DNA of 64,000 nt from positions 544,001-608,000 of the forward strand of contig CBDDIJ010000002.1 of assembly GCA_965228855.1 (NCBI GenBank), given 5' to 3'. Made by a program: the position numbers and the translations under genes. Shown piece after piece: positions 1 through 10,981 of the stretch (the first letter of the stretch is position 1; every line of letters starts with the position of its first letter). The DNA comes from Candidatus Obscuribacterales bacterium (lineage in GTDB: Bacteria > Cyanobacteriota > Vampirovibrionia > Obscuribacterales > Obscuribacteraceae). The notes beneath the pieces were generated by a model, which made no database searches, was not told where the DNA came from, and saw only the letters and a list, made by a program, of their open reading frames with translations.

Positions 1-57
1 TCACGAAGCGAGCGTCAAGCTCGAGTCGTGCACTTCTTCTCACGAAGGAGACTAGCG

Positions 58-588
58 ATGAACACGATCGCCAACGGCACCATCTCGCTGCGAGCTGCCC
101 GTGAATGGTGCACTCGCGCGCATGGTAGCCAACTCTATGGAACCCTGCCCTACAACTACCATCTCGGCAAGACCGAGAACGTCGCTGTTCGGTTCGGTTT
201 CGGCAAGGACACCGTCATCCGCATCTCGTGCTGGACGCACGACGTACCGGAAGACACCAAGAAGAAGCTCGAAGACCTTCTTCGCGCCGGCTTCCCCGGT
301 CGCGTCGTTGAGATAACCTGGCGCGTCACCGACGAGCCCGGCGCCAATCGCAGCGACCGCAAGCGCAAGACCTATCCCAAGATTGCCGTCGATTGGAAGG
401 CAGTCGTGGTGAAGCTCTGCGACCGGATCGCCAACGTCGAGCATTCCATCAACGATGCGAAGCGCATGCGCAAGAATCGTCGGGAATATCCGAAGTTTCG
501 CGCGGCTCTCTTCAACGCGAACCACGACGCGCGAGTCCTCCGCATGTGGGCGCACCTCGACCAACTGATTCTGGGGAAAACTGCGTGA
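58..588 (+). CDS. HD-domain protein, RelA/SpoT hydrolase-like (Mesh1/small alarmone hydrolase type)
   Basis: AHGSQ..PY..H, HDVPEDT and VKLCDRIAN motifs; AAGGAG RBS before ATG at 58. Confidence 0.75.
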   Translation: MNTIANGTISLRAAREWCTRAHGSQLYGTLPYNYHLGKTENVAVRFGFGKDTVIRISCWTHDVPEDTKKKLEDLLRAGFPGRVVEITWRVTDEPGANRSDRKRKTYPKIAVDWKAVVVKLCDRIANVEHSINDAKRMRKNRREYPKFRAALFNANHDARVLRMWAHLDQLILGKTA

Positions 589-874
589 ATTCAACAACTT
601 CGCGTCCGGAGGATTGCGCAAGCGATGACTCCGACTGTTTAGACCTCGCTGGGAGATAGTTCTGCTGTTCGCCGAAACGCGAATAGCAGATTCTCTCCCA
701 GCATTTTTCGAACACGCTCTACTATACAGCTTCGTATTCGACACCAAGAGCACCAAGCAACGAAGAACCAAGCAGAACTGCAATCCCCGTAACCAAGGGG
801 GAAGGATAGGCAATTCTGTAAGTTGGGTTTGGCTACGCTGCGTTGACGGAAATAGCGAAATTCGTCGCTCTCTC

Positions 875-1074
875 GTAGCCAGACGAAGAGAGGTCAAGCT
901 ATCTGGAGGCTGAGGACTCTGACTATACGGGCATTTTACGTGCTCACTGGAGACTGTCTTCTATAGTAGATAAGCCTCGGTAGCCAGACGAAGAGAGGTT
1001 AAGTTATCTGGAGGCCTAGGACCATGACTATACGGACATTTTACGCGTTCAACTGAGACTGTCTTCTATAGTAG
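875..1074. repeat. Imperfect tandem duplication, 2 x about 95 bp, period 105, each ending CTATAGTAG
   Basis: gtagccagacgaagagagg...gagactgtcttctatagtag at 875-969 and 980-1074. Confidence 0.9.
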
Positions 1075-1358
1075 CAGGGCCACGGACTTGAAAAAGGTTT
1101 GCTTGGTTTAGTAGGTTCTGGAATCGTTTTCTCTTCACACACACGATTTATCGAAAAAACAAATCAGGCGCCCCGACCGACAGTCACCGGAGAAGCTTCA
1201 CAGCTCCCGCGTTCGAACGACCTCGCCTGACTTTGACGATTTGCGCCGATACGGATGTTCCGCCTCGGTGATGCAAGCGCGTTTTCAAAACCGCTTGCGA
1301 CTTCCTAGCACCACCCGACTCGCACTGCGAGTTGCTCTCTTTTTTTGGGAGACCAAAG

Positions 1359-2135
1359 ATGGAACTCATTTTGCTCTGCCTGACCGCGCTCACGCTCGGT
1401 CTTCGACACGGGCTCGACTTCGACCACATCGCCGCTATGCTCGACATGGCGGGAACGACAGTAACCGATCCAAGCACCGGCAGTAAACACTTCAAGTTTC
1501 GAGAATTGATGCGCACGATGAAGCTACCGGCGCTCTATGTCTTCGGACACGGGCTCATGGTCGTTATCCTCGGCGTTGTCGCCCTCCTGTTCGGTACTGT
1601 CCTGCCCGATTGGATCGACACGTTGATGGAGCGAGTAGTCGGTGTAACGCTTCTCCTGCTGTCGCTCTATCTCATGTATTCACTTGTGCAGTTTTTCCGC
1701 AATGGGCAAGACCTGAAGTTGAAGAGCCGATGGATGGTGGTTTTCGAGTCGGTCGATCGGGGATGGCACTGGTTGGTTTCAAAACTGACCGGGCGAACAC
1801 ATGACCACAAACACGAGCTCAACTGGGACGCCAAAGGAGCTTTCCTGGTCGGTATGATTCACGGCATCGGGGCGGAAACCGGCACTCAGGTGTTGCTGTT
1901 TGCTTCGGTAGTCGGAACCGCGAACATCTTCTTCGGACTCGGCATGTTGAGCGCGTTCACGCTCGGCATGACGATTTCCACCCTGGCGATCGCAGCATGT
2001 GTTTCCGCGGGGTTGACGACATCGACGTATTTCAAGTCGATCGTGTTCATTCTCTGCTTGCTCGCAGCCATCTTCAGCTTCGTCGTCGGGCTCTACTTCA
2101 CGTTCGGCCTGTCGGTAATGCTTCCCTCCTTCTGA
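1359..2135 (+). CDS. HoxN/NixA/NiCoT family nickel/cobalt transporter
   Basis: GLRHGLDFDHIAA signature, FGHG, GMIHGIG, His-rich loop, multiple TM segments. Confidence 0.85.
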   Translation: MELILLCLTALTLGLRHGLDFDHIAAMLDMAGTTVTDPSTGSKHFKFRELMRTMKLPALYVFGHGLMVVILGVVALLFGTVLPDWIDTLMERVVGVTLLLLSLYLMYSLVQFFRNGQDLKLKSRWMVVFESVDRGWHWLVSKLTGRTHDHKHELNWDAKGAFLVGMIHGIGAETGTQVLLFASVVGTANIFFGLGMLSAFTLGMTISTLAIAACVSAGLTTSTYFKSIVFILCLLAAIFSFVVGLYFTFGLSVMLPSF

Positions 2136-2154
2136 ACCTCACCAGGAACTGCCT

Positions 2155-3417
2155 ATGGAAACGAACACGCGAGAACCGCTGCGCAAGCCCCCTGCGCGAG
2201 CCAGCAAACCGGCTCGCAGTTTTCTCTGGTTCATCTGCATCGCCTACGCTACGCAGGGAATCGCGCAGCACTTCTGCCTCATCGCCCAACCGCTCGATTA
2301 CTACATGCTGAAGCTTGGGAAAAACGCTGCAGACGTAGCAGCTGTTCTCTCAGTGCTGATGATTCCGTGGATGGTCAAACCTGTCTACGGTTTGGTGAGC
2401 GACTTTTTGCCGCTCTGGGCCTATCGGCGCAAATCGTATCTGGCTGTGGCTTATGGACTGGGAGCGCTCTTCTATGCCATCGCAGCGATGACCGGCTCGT
2501 TCAATCTGCTCATCGGAGCGCTCCTGCTAACAGCGACGGGCATGGCGATCGGCACGACAATCGTGAACGGTTTAACGCTCGAAGTCGGGCGTCCGACTTC
2601 GGAATACCGGTCATACCAGAGCATCCAGGCGGCGTGCTATTACACGGCGAACATTTGCTCGTTTTTGCTTGGCGGTCTGCTCTGCAGCACGTTGTTGCCG
2701 ACCGAGGCGTTGCAAACTGCCGCTTCGATTGCGGCCGTTCCCTGCGCGCTTACGGCAGTTGCTGCATGGAAGCTAATTCACGAGGACAAAACCGAACGCC
2801 AGAAGTTTTCCATCAGCACCGTATTCGGTATCATCCGCGAATTCAAAGTGCGCGGACTTCTGGTTGTGGCGACATTCCTCTGCTTCTGGAGCTTCAGTCC
2901 CGGCTTCGGCACTCCGCTGTACTTCTACGAGACCAAGGTCATCGGTTTCACTCAGATGTTCATCGGTCAACTGGGCGCCATCAACGCTTTCGGCATGTTC
3001 GCCGGTGCGATCGTTTTCAAATACGCGATGGATCGCAAGCTATCGCCCAGGGTTCAGACCGTGATTTCAGTGATTCTGGGCACGGTGAGCACTCTGGGCT
3101 ATCTCTGGCTCGCTGACGCCCAGACCGCAGTCGCGCTCGAATTTTTCCGCGGTGTTGCGAACATCATCGCTGTCCTGACGCTCTACGGATTGGCATCGGA
3201 TGTCAGTCCTCCGCGGCTGGAGAGCACGACAATTGCCGTTTTGATCGCAGCGTATAACATCGCCGAACAGCTCTCCAACGTGCTCGGAGCTCATTTGTAC
3301 ACCAACACCTTCAGCGAAGCATTCGCGCCGCTGATTTTGGCAAGTGCGCTGATGACGCTCGCTTGCCTGGTTTTCGTGCCATTCCTTCCCCAAAAGGATT
3401 TGCACCTAAAACCCTGA
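2155..3417 (+). CDS. MFS transporter, folate-biopterin (BT1) family
   Basis: IPWMVKPVYGLVSDFLPLWAYRRKSY motif; about 12 hydrophobic segments. Confidence 0.8.
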   Translation: METNTREPLRKPPARASKPARSFLWFICIAYATQGIAQHFCLIAQPLDYYMLKLGKNAADVAAVLSVLMIPWMVKPVYGLVSDFLPLWAYRRKSYLAVAYGLGALFYAIAAMTGSFNLLIGALLLTATGMAIGTTIVNGLTLEVGRPTSEYRSYQSIQAACYYTANICSFLLGGLLCSTLLPTEALQTAASIAAVPCALTAVAAWKLIHEDKTERQKFSISTVFGIIREFKVRGLLVVATFLCFWSFSPGFGTPLYFYETKVIGFTQMFIGQLGAINAFGMFAGAIVFKYAMDRKLSPRVQTVISVILGTVSTLGYLWLADAQTAVALEFFRGVANIIAVLTLYGLASDVSPPRLESTTIAVLIAAYNIAEQLSNVLGAHLYTNTFSEAFAPLILASALMTLACLVFVPFLPQKDLHLKP

Positions 3418-3482
3418 ACGTTTGAAGGAGCGCTCAAGTCCACGGTTTCGCTTCTAGTGTCGAAACAAAATGCAACCACCCT

Positions 3483-3534
3483 AATCTCGAACCGCATCAG
3501 TTCCCAGACTTGATGCGGTTCGAGATTGTTTTTT
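3483..3534 (+). terminator. Rho-independent terminator
   Basis: 17-bp stem aatctcgaaccgcatca/tgatgcggttcgagatt followed by T-tract. Confidence 0.75.
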
Positions 3535-3730
3535 CGCCGAGAACGATTGACTAATTTTTCTTTGCGCAGCTATGTGACATTCTATAGTAGCTATGCCTAA
3601 CAGCCCAAATCGGCGAGACAATCCCAAATCGATGGCAGCACGAGAGAAAAGTAGCAAGGAAAGTTTCATGTGAATGGAGACCGGTTTTGAACCGATCTCC
3701 ATTCCACGACGTAAGCGTTTCAATCAAACG

Positions 3731-4009
3731 CTAGCGGTAGTACCGACGCCAGTACTTGCCGTCATCTTCATCATCGGGCGCGGCAAGCGAGTCGCGGTCG
3801 AATCGGTCACCACTCGAATCCTGAACACGTTCGGTGCCAGGATCGCTTGCCTTCAGGACATCGCGCGCGGAAACCGACTGAGCAGACCGCGCAGCGAAAC
3901 GCGCGGTCTTAGCACGCGAGTGCATGCGCCGCTTCGCGAGTGAACGACGAACGGCAATGAACAACCCGACGATTACCGCCAGAATGAGAACAGCAATGAT
4001 CAACTTCAT
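3731..4009 (-). CDS. Small membrane-anchored hypothetical protein
   Basis: AAGGAG RBS, MKLIIAVLILAVIVGLFIAV N-terminal TM; directly downstream of MFS gene. Confidence 0.6.
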   Translation of the reverse strand: MKLIIAVLILAVIVGLFIAVRRSLAKRRMHSRAKTARFAARSAQSVSARDVLKASDPGTERVQDSSGDRFDRDSLAAPDDEDDGKYWRRYYR

Positions 4010-4047
4010 GTTGAGCACTCCTTTTGTTTGTTTACGGGAGACAGGCT

Positions 4048-5301
4048 CTAAGAGCCCGTCGCACAGCGCGCACGACCTGCCAGATACCATGCCGTCGTGA
4101 CAGCGCAAGCGACAGCGGCACCACAGATGGTAGCAGTCACTCCAACTTGTTCGACCAGGAAACCCAGAGTCGGACCTCCGATAGCGAACATGCCAAAGTA
4201 CGAGTACATCCAGAAAACGGTGGACACCACACCACGCATGCGATCTTCGGTCTTGCTCTGAACAACAGCATGGCTGCCGATCAGCAACATCGTCATGGAA
4301 AAGCCGGCGGGAACAACCAGAGCCATCGACAACGGCAAGTTGCGCGACATGGCGAAGAGAGCAATGAATGCGGCATAAACGAATCCTGCAAAGCCGACAT
4401 AGCGACTCAGTTCTGCACTGTTGCCTCGGCTTGCGGTCAGATAAGCCAGAAGAACCGACCCTACCATCGCGCCTATTTCAGACGCGGCGATCAGAAGTCC
4501 ATTCGTACGAGCTGTTCCATGGAGCAGATCCGTGAAGACCGGCATGAGCGGAACGTATACGCCGCAGAAGCTGAACACCGCGACGAGGATGAGCAGCCGG
4601 CGAATCTCTGGGTTTCCGTAAGTGAAACGAAAACCCTCCGACAAACTCGGCGCCGTCGATTGCGCTCTGGCACCTGGACGGATGAATTTGAGCGTGCAGA
4701 GTTCGAACAGATACGTAAGCGCATTGACTGCAAAACAGCCAGTTGCACCTACAACCGCAAGAAGAACCGCAGCTACAGCCGGTCCAGCAACCCGCCCGCT
4801 GTAGAACAGAAGGCTATCGAGCGCGAAACCGTTCATCACATCTTCGTTGCCGACCAGCTGCGGGATGATTGCAAACCGCGCTGGAATCTCGAATGCGACG
4901 ATCACTCCGAACACCGCAGACAATGCGTACAAATGCCAGACTTGCAGAATCCCGAGAGAGGACAATGCCAGCCAAGCCGTTGAGACGCACAGAGCGAGGA
5001 TCTGCGTGATCACGATAATCTTCTTGCGATCAAAACGATCAGCCGCCCAGCCGCCGGGAATGCCCATGATGAGCATCGGAAGCTGGTAGGCGAACAGAAT
5101 CGAACCGAGTACGAAAGATGACCCGGTCATCTGGTAAGCGACCCATGCCACCACAATCTCTTGCATCAGCGACCCAGTCAGCGACGCAAGCACTCCAAGC
5201 GCGTAGAGCCTGAAGTTTTTATGCTTGAGCGAACTGAAGGTGGTGCCGAAAAACCGAGAAAGCGATCCGGAGTCGCCCTGTTGAGGGCTTTCCATCTTCA
5301 T
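4048..5301 (-). CDS. MFS transporter (EntS/DUF894-like)
   Basis: FSSLKHKNFRLY start, GGWAADRFDRKK motif A, MRGVV motif, about 12 TM. Confidence 0.85.
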   Translation of the reverse strand: MKMESPQQGDSGSLSRFFGTTFSSLKHKNFRLYALGVLASLTGSLMQEIVVAWVAYQMTGSSFVLGSILFAYQLPMLIMGIPGGWAADRFDRKKIIVITQILALCVSTAWLALSSLGILQVWHLYALSAVFGVIVAFEIPARFAIIPQLVGNEDVMNGFALDSLLFYSGRVAGPAVAAVLLAVVGATGCFAVNALTYLFELCTLKFIRPGARAQSTAPSLSEGFRFTYGNPEIRRLLILVAVFSFCGVYVPLMPVFTDLLHGTARTNGLLIAASEIGAMVGSVLLAYLTASRGNSAELSRYVGFAGFVYAAFIALFAMSRNLPLSMALVVPAGFSMTMLLIGSHAVVQSKTEDRMRGVVSTVFWMYSYFGMFAIGGPTLGFLVEQVGVTATICGAAVACAVTTAWYLAGRARCATGS

Positions 5302-5792
5302 GCTCCTTTTGAAAAAGTCGTCTGTCGTTCCGCTGAGAGCAGAGAGGCAGAAAATAGACTGACGAATATGGTTCTTTAAGTGTTGAGGCAGTAGATTGGG
5401 TTTCGGAACTGATTGTTAAACTTTAGGCTTTAAACTTCGCCTGGTAAAGAACTGGATGAAGGATGATGTTTCACTCTTTCTTTGAAAGGACCGACCGGAA
5501 CGGCAGCCCAAACGTCCGCTCAACAACCGTTTTCAGAATTTTCACAACTGAAAGCAGCGAGCGGCATGAGTTTTATTTTCAGCTGAGCATTCGCTGAACT
5601 CCTTAGCGAGGGTAGCGCAAACTGGCATCCGGTCGGATTGTTCTGCTTGCTGCAGGGACGAGGTCGTCCATGAGCACTCGAATTGCTTCATCCTGCTGTC
5701 GCCACCAGATGCAGTGCAAATACAATTCACGCTCGCCACCATATGCAGTAGCACAGAAAGTTCGTGTCTTGCTGCTGGTTCGATTGTTATGA

Positions 5793-6236
5793 CTACTTAT
5801 TTTTGGGAGCTGCGCCCGTCGGGTGAGGAGGGAGAACCGCCATGTTCTTGATGTCGCAACCGGCGGCTGCGTCCATAACGGAGACAACATACTTCTGAAG
5901 CGCGTCTTCGTCGGAGTTCAGAATCAGCGGCATATCGACACCCGGATGAGCAGCGAGTTCCGCCTTCAAGACTTCCATAATCTTCGGTGTCTCCGCGGGA
6001 ACCGGCTTGTTGTTAATCGTGATGCTTCCGTCAGCCCCAACTTCGACGTTGATTTTCGGCGTGTCATCTTTCTTGGGAGGAGTCGTCGTCAATCCAGGCG
6101 GAGAGACCCGCAACACGGCCTGGTTAACAAGCGGGGCAATCAGAATCATGATTACCAGCAGCACTAAAAATACGTCTGTAAGCGGCGTTACGTTGATTTC
6201 GGTGAAGGTCTCGCCAGCCTTGCCACCCATAGCCAT
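5793..6236 (-). CDS. exbD: Biopolymer transport protein ExbD/TolR
   Basis: EINVTPLTDVFLVLLVIMILIAP signature; GGAGA RBS. Confidence 0.85.
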   Translation of the reverse strand: MAMGGKAGETFTEINVTPLTDVFLVLLVIMILIAPLVNQAVLRVSPPGLTTTPPKKDDTPKINVEVGADGSITINNKPVPAETPKIMEVLKAELAAHPGVDMPLILNSDEDALQKYVVSVMDAAAGCDIKNMAVLPPHPTGAAPKNK

Positions 6237-6783
6237 AGGCTGAATTCTCCCTGGGGGTTGTCTACGGCTAATATTAACGCGCCCGGGCAATGATTGCCAT
6301 ATGAATAACCCTGAGATTGACTATAAAAATACAAAGCCGTTCGCAAACCTGGTCGCAAGGTAAGCCCGCGTTGTGAACTGAAAGTCGCCGGTATTTCAGC
6401 TGCGCTAGGTTTCCGATTGTTATTGGCTGTTTAAACGGCAATCGACCATGGCAAGACCGATTTCACACTTTACAACCACGGATTCGGACGGTTTATCGCG
6501 TCATTGTTAGTCAGATCTAAACACTCGGTTATGACCTCAAGCTGAGATCTCCTTGAGACGCAAGACTCCGAGATCTTAGTCTTAATTGCATAACTGTTTT
6601 ACAAACCAGAAATGGTGTTCTCCGGCTCATAACTTTCCAGGATTCGGAAACGAAAAAATTCTTCTTGGTCGCGCAAGTGATTCGTAGAAGTCCTGCTTGA
6701 GCCGATTTCAGCACGCCCAGTTGGTGCTGAAACTCTTAACTTCCACTCGTCAAAGAACGAGAGAAACCCCGGAGTCCGGTAAT

Positions 6784-8025
6784 ATGAAAAAAGAAATCAC
6801 CAACCGAATCGGCAAGCGTAAGATGCGCTCCCTGCCAAAGATTATGCTCCACGAGCACCTTGACTGCTCCCTCCGCCCGCGCACCATGCTCGAGCTGTGG
6901 GAGAAACGCGGCTTCGAAAACGCGAAGATCGCGTTCCCCGCGTCGGTGCTCGATACCTGGAAGCTCGCCGCAACGAAGTCCGGCGCCGAGAAGCGCCGCC
7001 TTCGCATGCAAGCTGCCCAGGAGTATCAGAAGTTTCTCGTCGGCTTCGCCAGCTTGTCGCTCGCGAACTACGTCCAGGCTATCGTCGACCACGTTCTGCC
7101 GCTCATGCAGGCGTCGTCGAACCTGACCCGCATCACGAGCGAGCGCATCGACGATGCCATCGCTGACGGTATCGCGGGTATGGAATTGCGATTCGCACCG
7201 CAGCTCCACACCTGGGAAGGGCTCTCCCTCGACGAAGTCATGGAGTCGGTCATCGCCGCAACCAAGACGGCGCCGTTCCCGCTCAAGCTCATCCTCTGCG
7301 CGCTGCGTCACGAAGACGGCACCATGGCGCGCAAGCTGGCTGACCTCTGCGTCAAGTATCAGCGCCACGTCGGCGTTTTCGACCTTGCCGCCGACGAGAA
7401 GGCCAATCCCGGTCTCCTGAAGTGGTGGCTCCAGGCGGCGCTCTACGCCAAGGCGCTGTACCCGAAGCTGCTCGTGACCATCCACCTGTGGGAAACCGAC
7501 GAGCCGAACGACCAGGACATCGCCCTCCTCAACGGGTTTGACCAGATGCTCGTCGAGCTGACCCGTCAGCTCTCGGCATCCGGACAGACTCGCGTTCCAG
7601 ACGACGTCTGGGAGGCTGCGGGCAAGGTCGTCGAGACAATGCTTCCGACTCTCCTGACCGCCGTTCATACGGACGCGGGCAATGGTTCGCTGCGCATCGG
7701 ACACGGCTTCCGTGGAAACCGTCAGGGACAGCGCCTCATCGAGGTCTGCCCGACGTCCAACGTGGTCACCGGTCAGGTGGCTTCGATCGCCGCACACCCC
7801 GTCGACAAGCTCCACCGCGAAGGCAAGCGCGTCACCATCAACACCGATGGCACGCTCTTCACCGAAGTGCAGCTCACGGACGAGTACCGCAAGCTGCAGG
7901 AGGCGTTCGACTGGACACTCGATGACCTCCTCACGGTCAATCTGACCGCGCTGGAAGGCTCGTCGTTCAGCCAGAAGGACAAGTCCCGCCTGCGAGCCGC
8001 TCTCAAGCGCGCTTACAAGAGCTAA
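6784..8025 (+). CDS. add: Adenosine deaminase family amidohydrolase
   Basis: LPKIMLHEHLD, ELRFAP, FDLAADE, RIGHG, EVCPTSN, TINTD motifs. Confidence 0.85.
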   Translation: MKKEITNRIGKRKMRSLPKIMLHEHLDCSLRPRTMLELWEKRGFENAKIAFPASVLDTWKLAATKSGAEKRRLRMQAAQEYQKFLVGFASLSLANYVQAIVDHVLPLMQASSNLTRITSERIDDAIADGIAGMELRFAPQLHTWEGLSLDEVMESVIAATKTAPFPLKLILCALRHEDGTMARKLADLCVKYQRHVGVFDLAADEKANPGLLKWWLQAALYAKALYPKLLVTIHLWETDEPNDQDIALLNGFDQMLVELTRQLSASGQTRVPDDVWEAAGKVVETMLPTLLTAVHTDAGNGSLRIGHGFRGNRQGQRLIEVCPTSNVVTGQVASIAAHPVDKLHREGKRVTINTDGTLFTEVQLTDEYRKLQEAFDWTLDDLLTVNLTALEGSSFSQKDKSRLRAALKRAYKS

Positions 8026-8043
8026 CCTGTTTTAAGCTCGACC

Positions 8044-8078
8044 GTAAACGACTGACGCCCCGCGCGTTAGTCGTTTAC
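8044..8078 (+). terminator. Probable terminator hairpin
   Basis: gtaaacgactgacgc/gcgttagtcgtttac inverted repeat just after stop. Confidence 0.55.
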
Positions 8079-8285
8079 CCTTCTAAATTTTGCTACTAAC
8101 ATATACAGTACAGGCCTACCTACTAAAACATACAGTAATTTTCAAATCCCTAAAGACAGTCAAGACATGGAAATACGGAAATGGCTGCCTAGAGACACCC
8201 CGGCTTGTCGCTCTCAGAATGCCGAATTTTGGGAATTCCGGCAACGCCTCATAGACAAGCAAGGTTGCGCGCCTATCCGGGTGAC

Positions 8286-8472
8286 GGGATTGACGGGGCT
8301 CGAGCTAGACCCGATCTGTCAATGGGACAGCGACGGAATTCGCTAGATCCGTCGCTCTGGGATTGACGGGACTCGAGCTAGACCCGGTCTGTCATTTAGA
8401 CAGCGACGGAATTCGCTAAATCCGTCGCTCTGGGATTGACGGGACTTGAGCTAGACGGGGCTTGAGCTAGAC
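8286..8472. repeat. 73-bp tandem repeat (about 2.4 copies) with internal hairpin
   Basis: gggattgacggg..gagctagac at 8286, 8359, 8432; hairpin agcgacgga-attcgcta(g/a)a-tccgtcgct. Confidence 0.9.
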
Positions 8473-8937
8473 AGCGCCGGTTCTACATTCGATCTGGATC
8501 AGCTTGCGATAGCTAGTACAGATCTCCGCGCGCCCGACGTAAAAGCTCAGAAGATACAAAATACATACGAAGAAATAAATCTTCAAGTCTATGATTCGCG
8601 CTAGTGATCAGCCTTTCAGCTCTCTTCTCAGAATTATCTTATTATTGCCTCAACCTCTTGGTAATTTAGTCTCCAATGTTCTAAGTAATAAGAGAACAAT
8701 TTCTCTTCCTGCCAAAAAAACTTCCGCGTAGCCCAATTCAGATAAGCTCTCACGAATAGCCTAGCCTTGGACACACGTCCTCGGTTTCGGCAGGTCATGA
8801 GCGTCTTGGGTTTCTCGCTGAGGTTTCCGCAGAAGAAATTGGGAGCTGGGTTCGGATTCCGGAGCCGGCTTCTCTGCGCACTCACATCGATGCTGCGTAG
8901 ATTCGCCCGTCTTCCACCAGACCGAAAGGGTAATGCT

Positions 8938-9132
8938 ATGTTCGTGACCCCGCTTACTCTCTGGTCCTGGGCGGCCGCCGCGCAGACGAGCTTCGTGCTT
9001 CAGTCCGCGATGTTCTGGCAGTCGGCTTTCGCTTCGGCGATCGCTCGTCCTCGACCCGCTCTTCGCCTCGCCGCCTTCAATCCCACGATCGTGCGGACCG
9101 AGCGGCGGGCGATTCTGGCTGTCGTCCGCTAG
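8938..9132 (+). CDS. Possible small hypothetical protein (64 aa)
   Basis: GAAAGGG upstream of ATG, GC-rich third codon positions like neighbouring genes. Confidence 0.35.
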   Translation: MFVTPLTLWSWAAAAQTSFVLQSAMFWQSAFASAIARPRPALRLAAFNPTIVRTERRAILAVVR

Positions 9133-9265
9133 GTCGACAGTTCCTCCGTCGTAGTTTTCTGCCGTCATCGGTGGCTGGTTCAGCTGAACAGCTACTGGTG
9201 GCGGTTTCTCACACAACTCAAGCGACTCACGGTTGCAAACGTGGGTCCGAAAAGGAGAAATACCC

Positions 9266-10816
9266 ATGTCGAAGAACGACATCAATTTCGCCGTCGGCAA
9301 GTCCGCTCGGCGCGCTCTCGTCGCTGGCGCTGCCAGCGTGACTCTCGTTCCGGTGTTCGCCGCCGAGGACGAAACCAAGGGACTCCAGCTCGCCAAGCGC
9401 GTCTCCGCGCAGGCGAAGCTCGCCGGCTTCAAGGGCGAAACCGGCCAAACCATGAACGGCGCCACCACCGACGGTGCTGCCACGGTCAACTTCGGCGTCG
9501 GCGCCAAGGACAAGTTCGGCATCGAATCCTGGCGCAAGGCGGTCACCGCCGCCGTCAAGCAGGTGCGCGGTCTGAAGACCGACTCGATCACCCTGAAGGT
9601 CCCCGCCGATCTCGCCGGCGCCAAGTCGCTGCTCGGCTCGAACAGCCTGTTCGACCTCGGCGTCGCCACCTCCGAGACCGTCGCCATGGTTCTGTACCGC
9701 GCCAACCACCACAAGACCGCCGAAGGCGGCCACAAGGACGAAGGCGGCATCTCGAACGTGACGGTCGACGTCAGCGGTCTGACCGCGGCGCAGAAGCGCG
9801 AATTCCAGCGCGGCATCGCCGCCGGCGCCACGATCGGCAATGCCGTCGCCATCGCGCGCGACACCGCCAACGAGCCCGCCAACATCTGCACGCCGACGTT
9901 CATGGCGGAGCAGGCGCTGCAGCTCGCCAAGGACTTCCCGGGCTCGATCACGGTCGAGATCCTGGAGCGCAAGCAGTGCGAGACCCTGAAGATGAACGCC
10001 TTCATGGCGGTCGCGAAGGGCACGGAAGAGCCGCCCAAGTTCATCATCGTCAAGTACACGCCGGCGCAGTGCCGCGCGGACGGTCCCAACCTCGCCATCG
10101 TCGGGAAGTCGGTCACGTTCGACACCGGCGGCGTCGACCTGAAGCCGGCTGACGGCATGCGCGACATGAAGTACGACATGTGCGGCGGCGCCAACGTGCT
10201 GGCCGCCATGCGCGCGATCGCTGCCCTGGGCGTGCCGATGAAGATCACCGCCTACTGCGCCGCGACCGAGAACGCCACCGGCGGCAGTGCCTATCGTCCG
10301 GGTGACGTCTACACCGGTCTCGACGGGCGCAGCTACGAGATCGACAACACCGACGCCGAAGGCCGCCTGACCCTGGTCGACGCCATCGCCTACGCGCGCA
10401 CGTTCGGCAAGGCCACGCACATCGTCGACTACGCCACCCTGACCGGCGCCATCCTCGTGGCTCTGGGCGACCAGGTCGCCGGCGTGTTCTCGAACAACCA
10501 GGCGTTCGCCGACCGCTACCTGGCGGCCGCGAAGTCGCAGGGCGAACTCGCTCACCAGCTGCCCACCTTCGATCACTACAAGGAGCAGAACAAGTCCTCG
10601 ATCGCGGACATGAAGAACACGGGCGGTCGCCTCGCTGGTTCGACCACCGCGGCTCTGTTCGTGCTGTCGGCGGCGCGCGATGTGCCGGCGATCCACGTCG
10701 ACATCGCGGGCACGGCCTTCCGCAGCCGCGAGATCGGTCACGAGCCGGCCGGCGGCACGGGTTGGGGCGTGCGCACGCTCATCGCCCTGGCGCAGGACCT
10801 GGCCAAGAACGGCTGA
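9266..10816 (+). CDS. pepA: Leucyl aminopeptidase (M17)
   Basis: VGKSVTFDTGG, MKYDMCG, NTDAEGRL metal-binding motifs; AAGGAG RBS. Confidence 0.93.
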   Translation: MSKNDINFAVGKSARRALVAGAASVTLVPVFAAEDETKGLQLAKRVSAQAKLAGFKGETGQTMNGATTDGAATVNFGVGAKDKFGIESWRKAVTAAVKQVRGLKTDSITLKVPADLAGAKSLLGSNSLFDLGVATSETVAMVLYRANHHKTAEGGHKDEGGISNVTVDVSGLTAAQKREFQRGIAAGATIGNAVAIARDTANEPANICTPTFMAEQALQLAKDFPGSITVEILERKQCETLKMNAFMAVAKGTEEPPKFIIVKYTPAQCRADGPNLAIVGKSVTFDTGGVDLKPADGMRDMKYDMCGGANVLAAMRAIAALGVPMKITAYCAATENATGGSAYRPGDVYTGLDGRSYEIDNTDAEGRLTLVDAIAYARTFGKATHIVDYATLTGAILVALGDQVAGVFSNNQAFADRYLAAAKSQGELAHQLPTFDHYKEQNKSSIADMKNTGGRLAGSTTAALFVLSAARDVPAIHVDIAGTAFRSREIGHEPAGGTGWGVRTLIALAQDLAKNG

Positions 10817-10981
10817 GTCGGCTGCCAGTGACCCGTGAGGTCCTGACGGTCTGACCGCACCGGGAGCAGGGGACTCAACATCCCCTGCTCTCATTCACGA
10901 ACGGGATCGGCTCCCAAGCCGGTCTATTCGCCGGCGTTCACCCAACGCCATAGATTCACCCGTCACGAGAAGGAATCTTTC

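Noticed and set aside
3672..3704. tRNA fragment
   Set aside because: Only a single hairpin (gaatggaga.cggtt/aaccg.tctccattc) with no cloverleaf; more likely the terminator of the minus-strand genes.
8286..8472. CRISPR array (73-bp period)
   Set aside because: The period fits, but the would-be spacers are also repeated and there are under 3 units.
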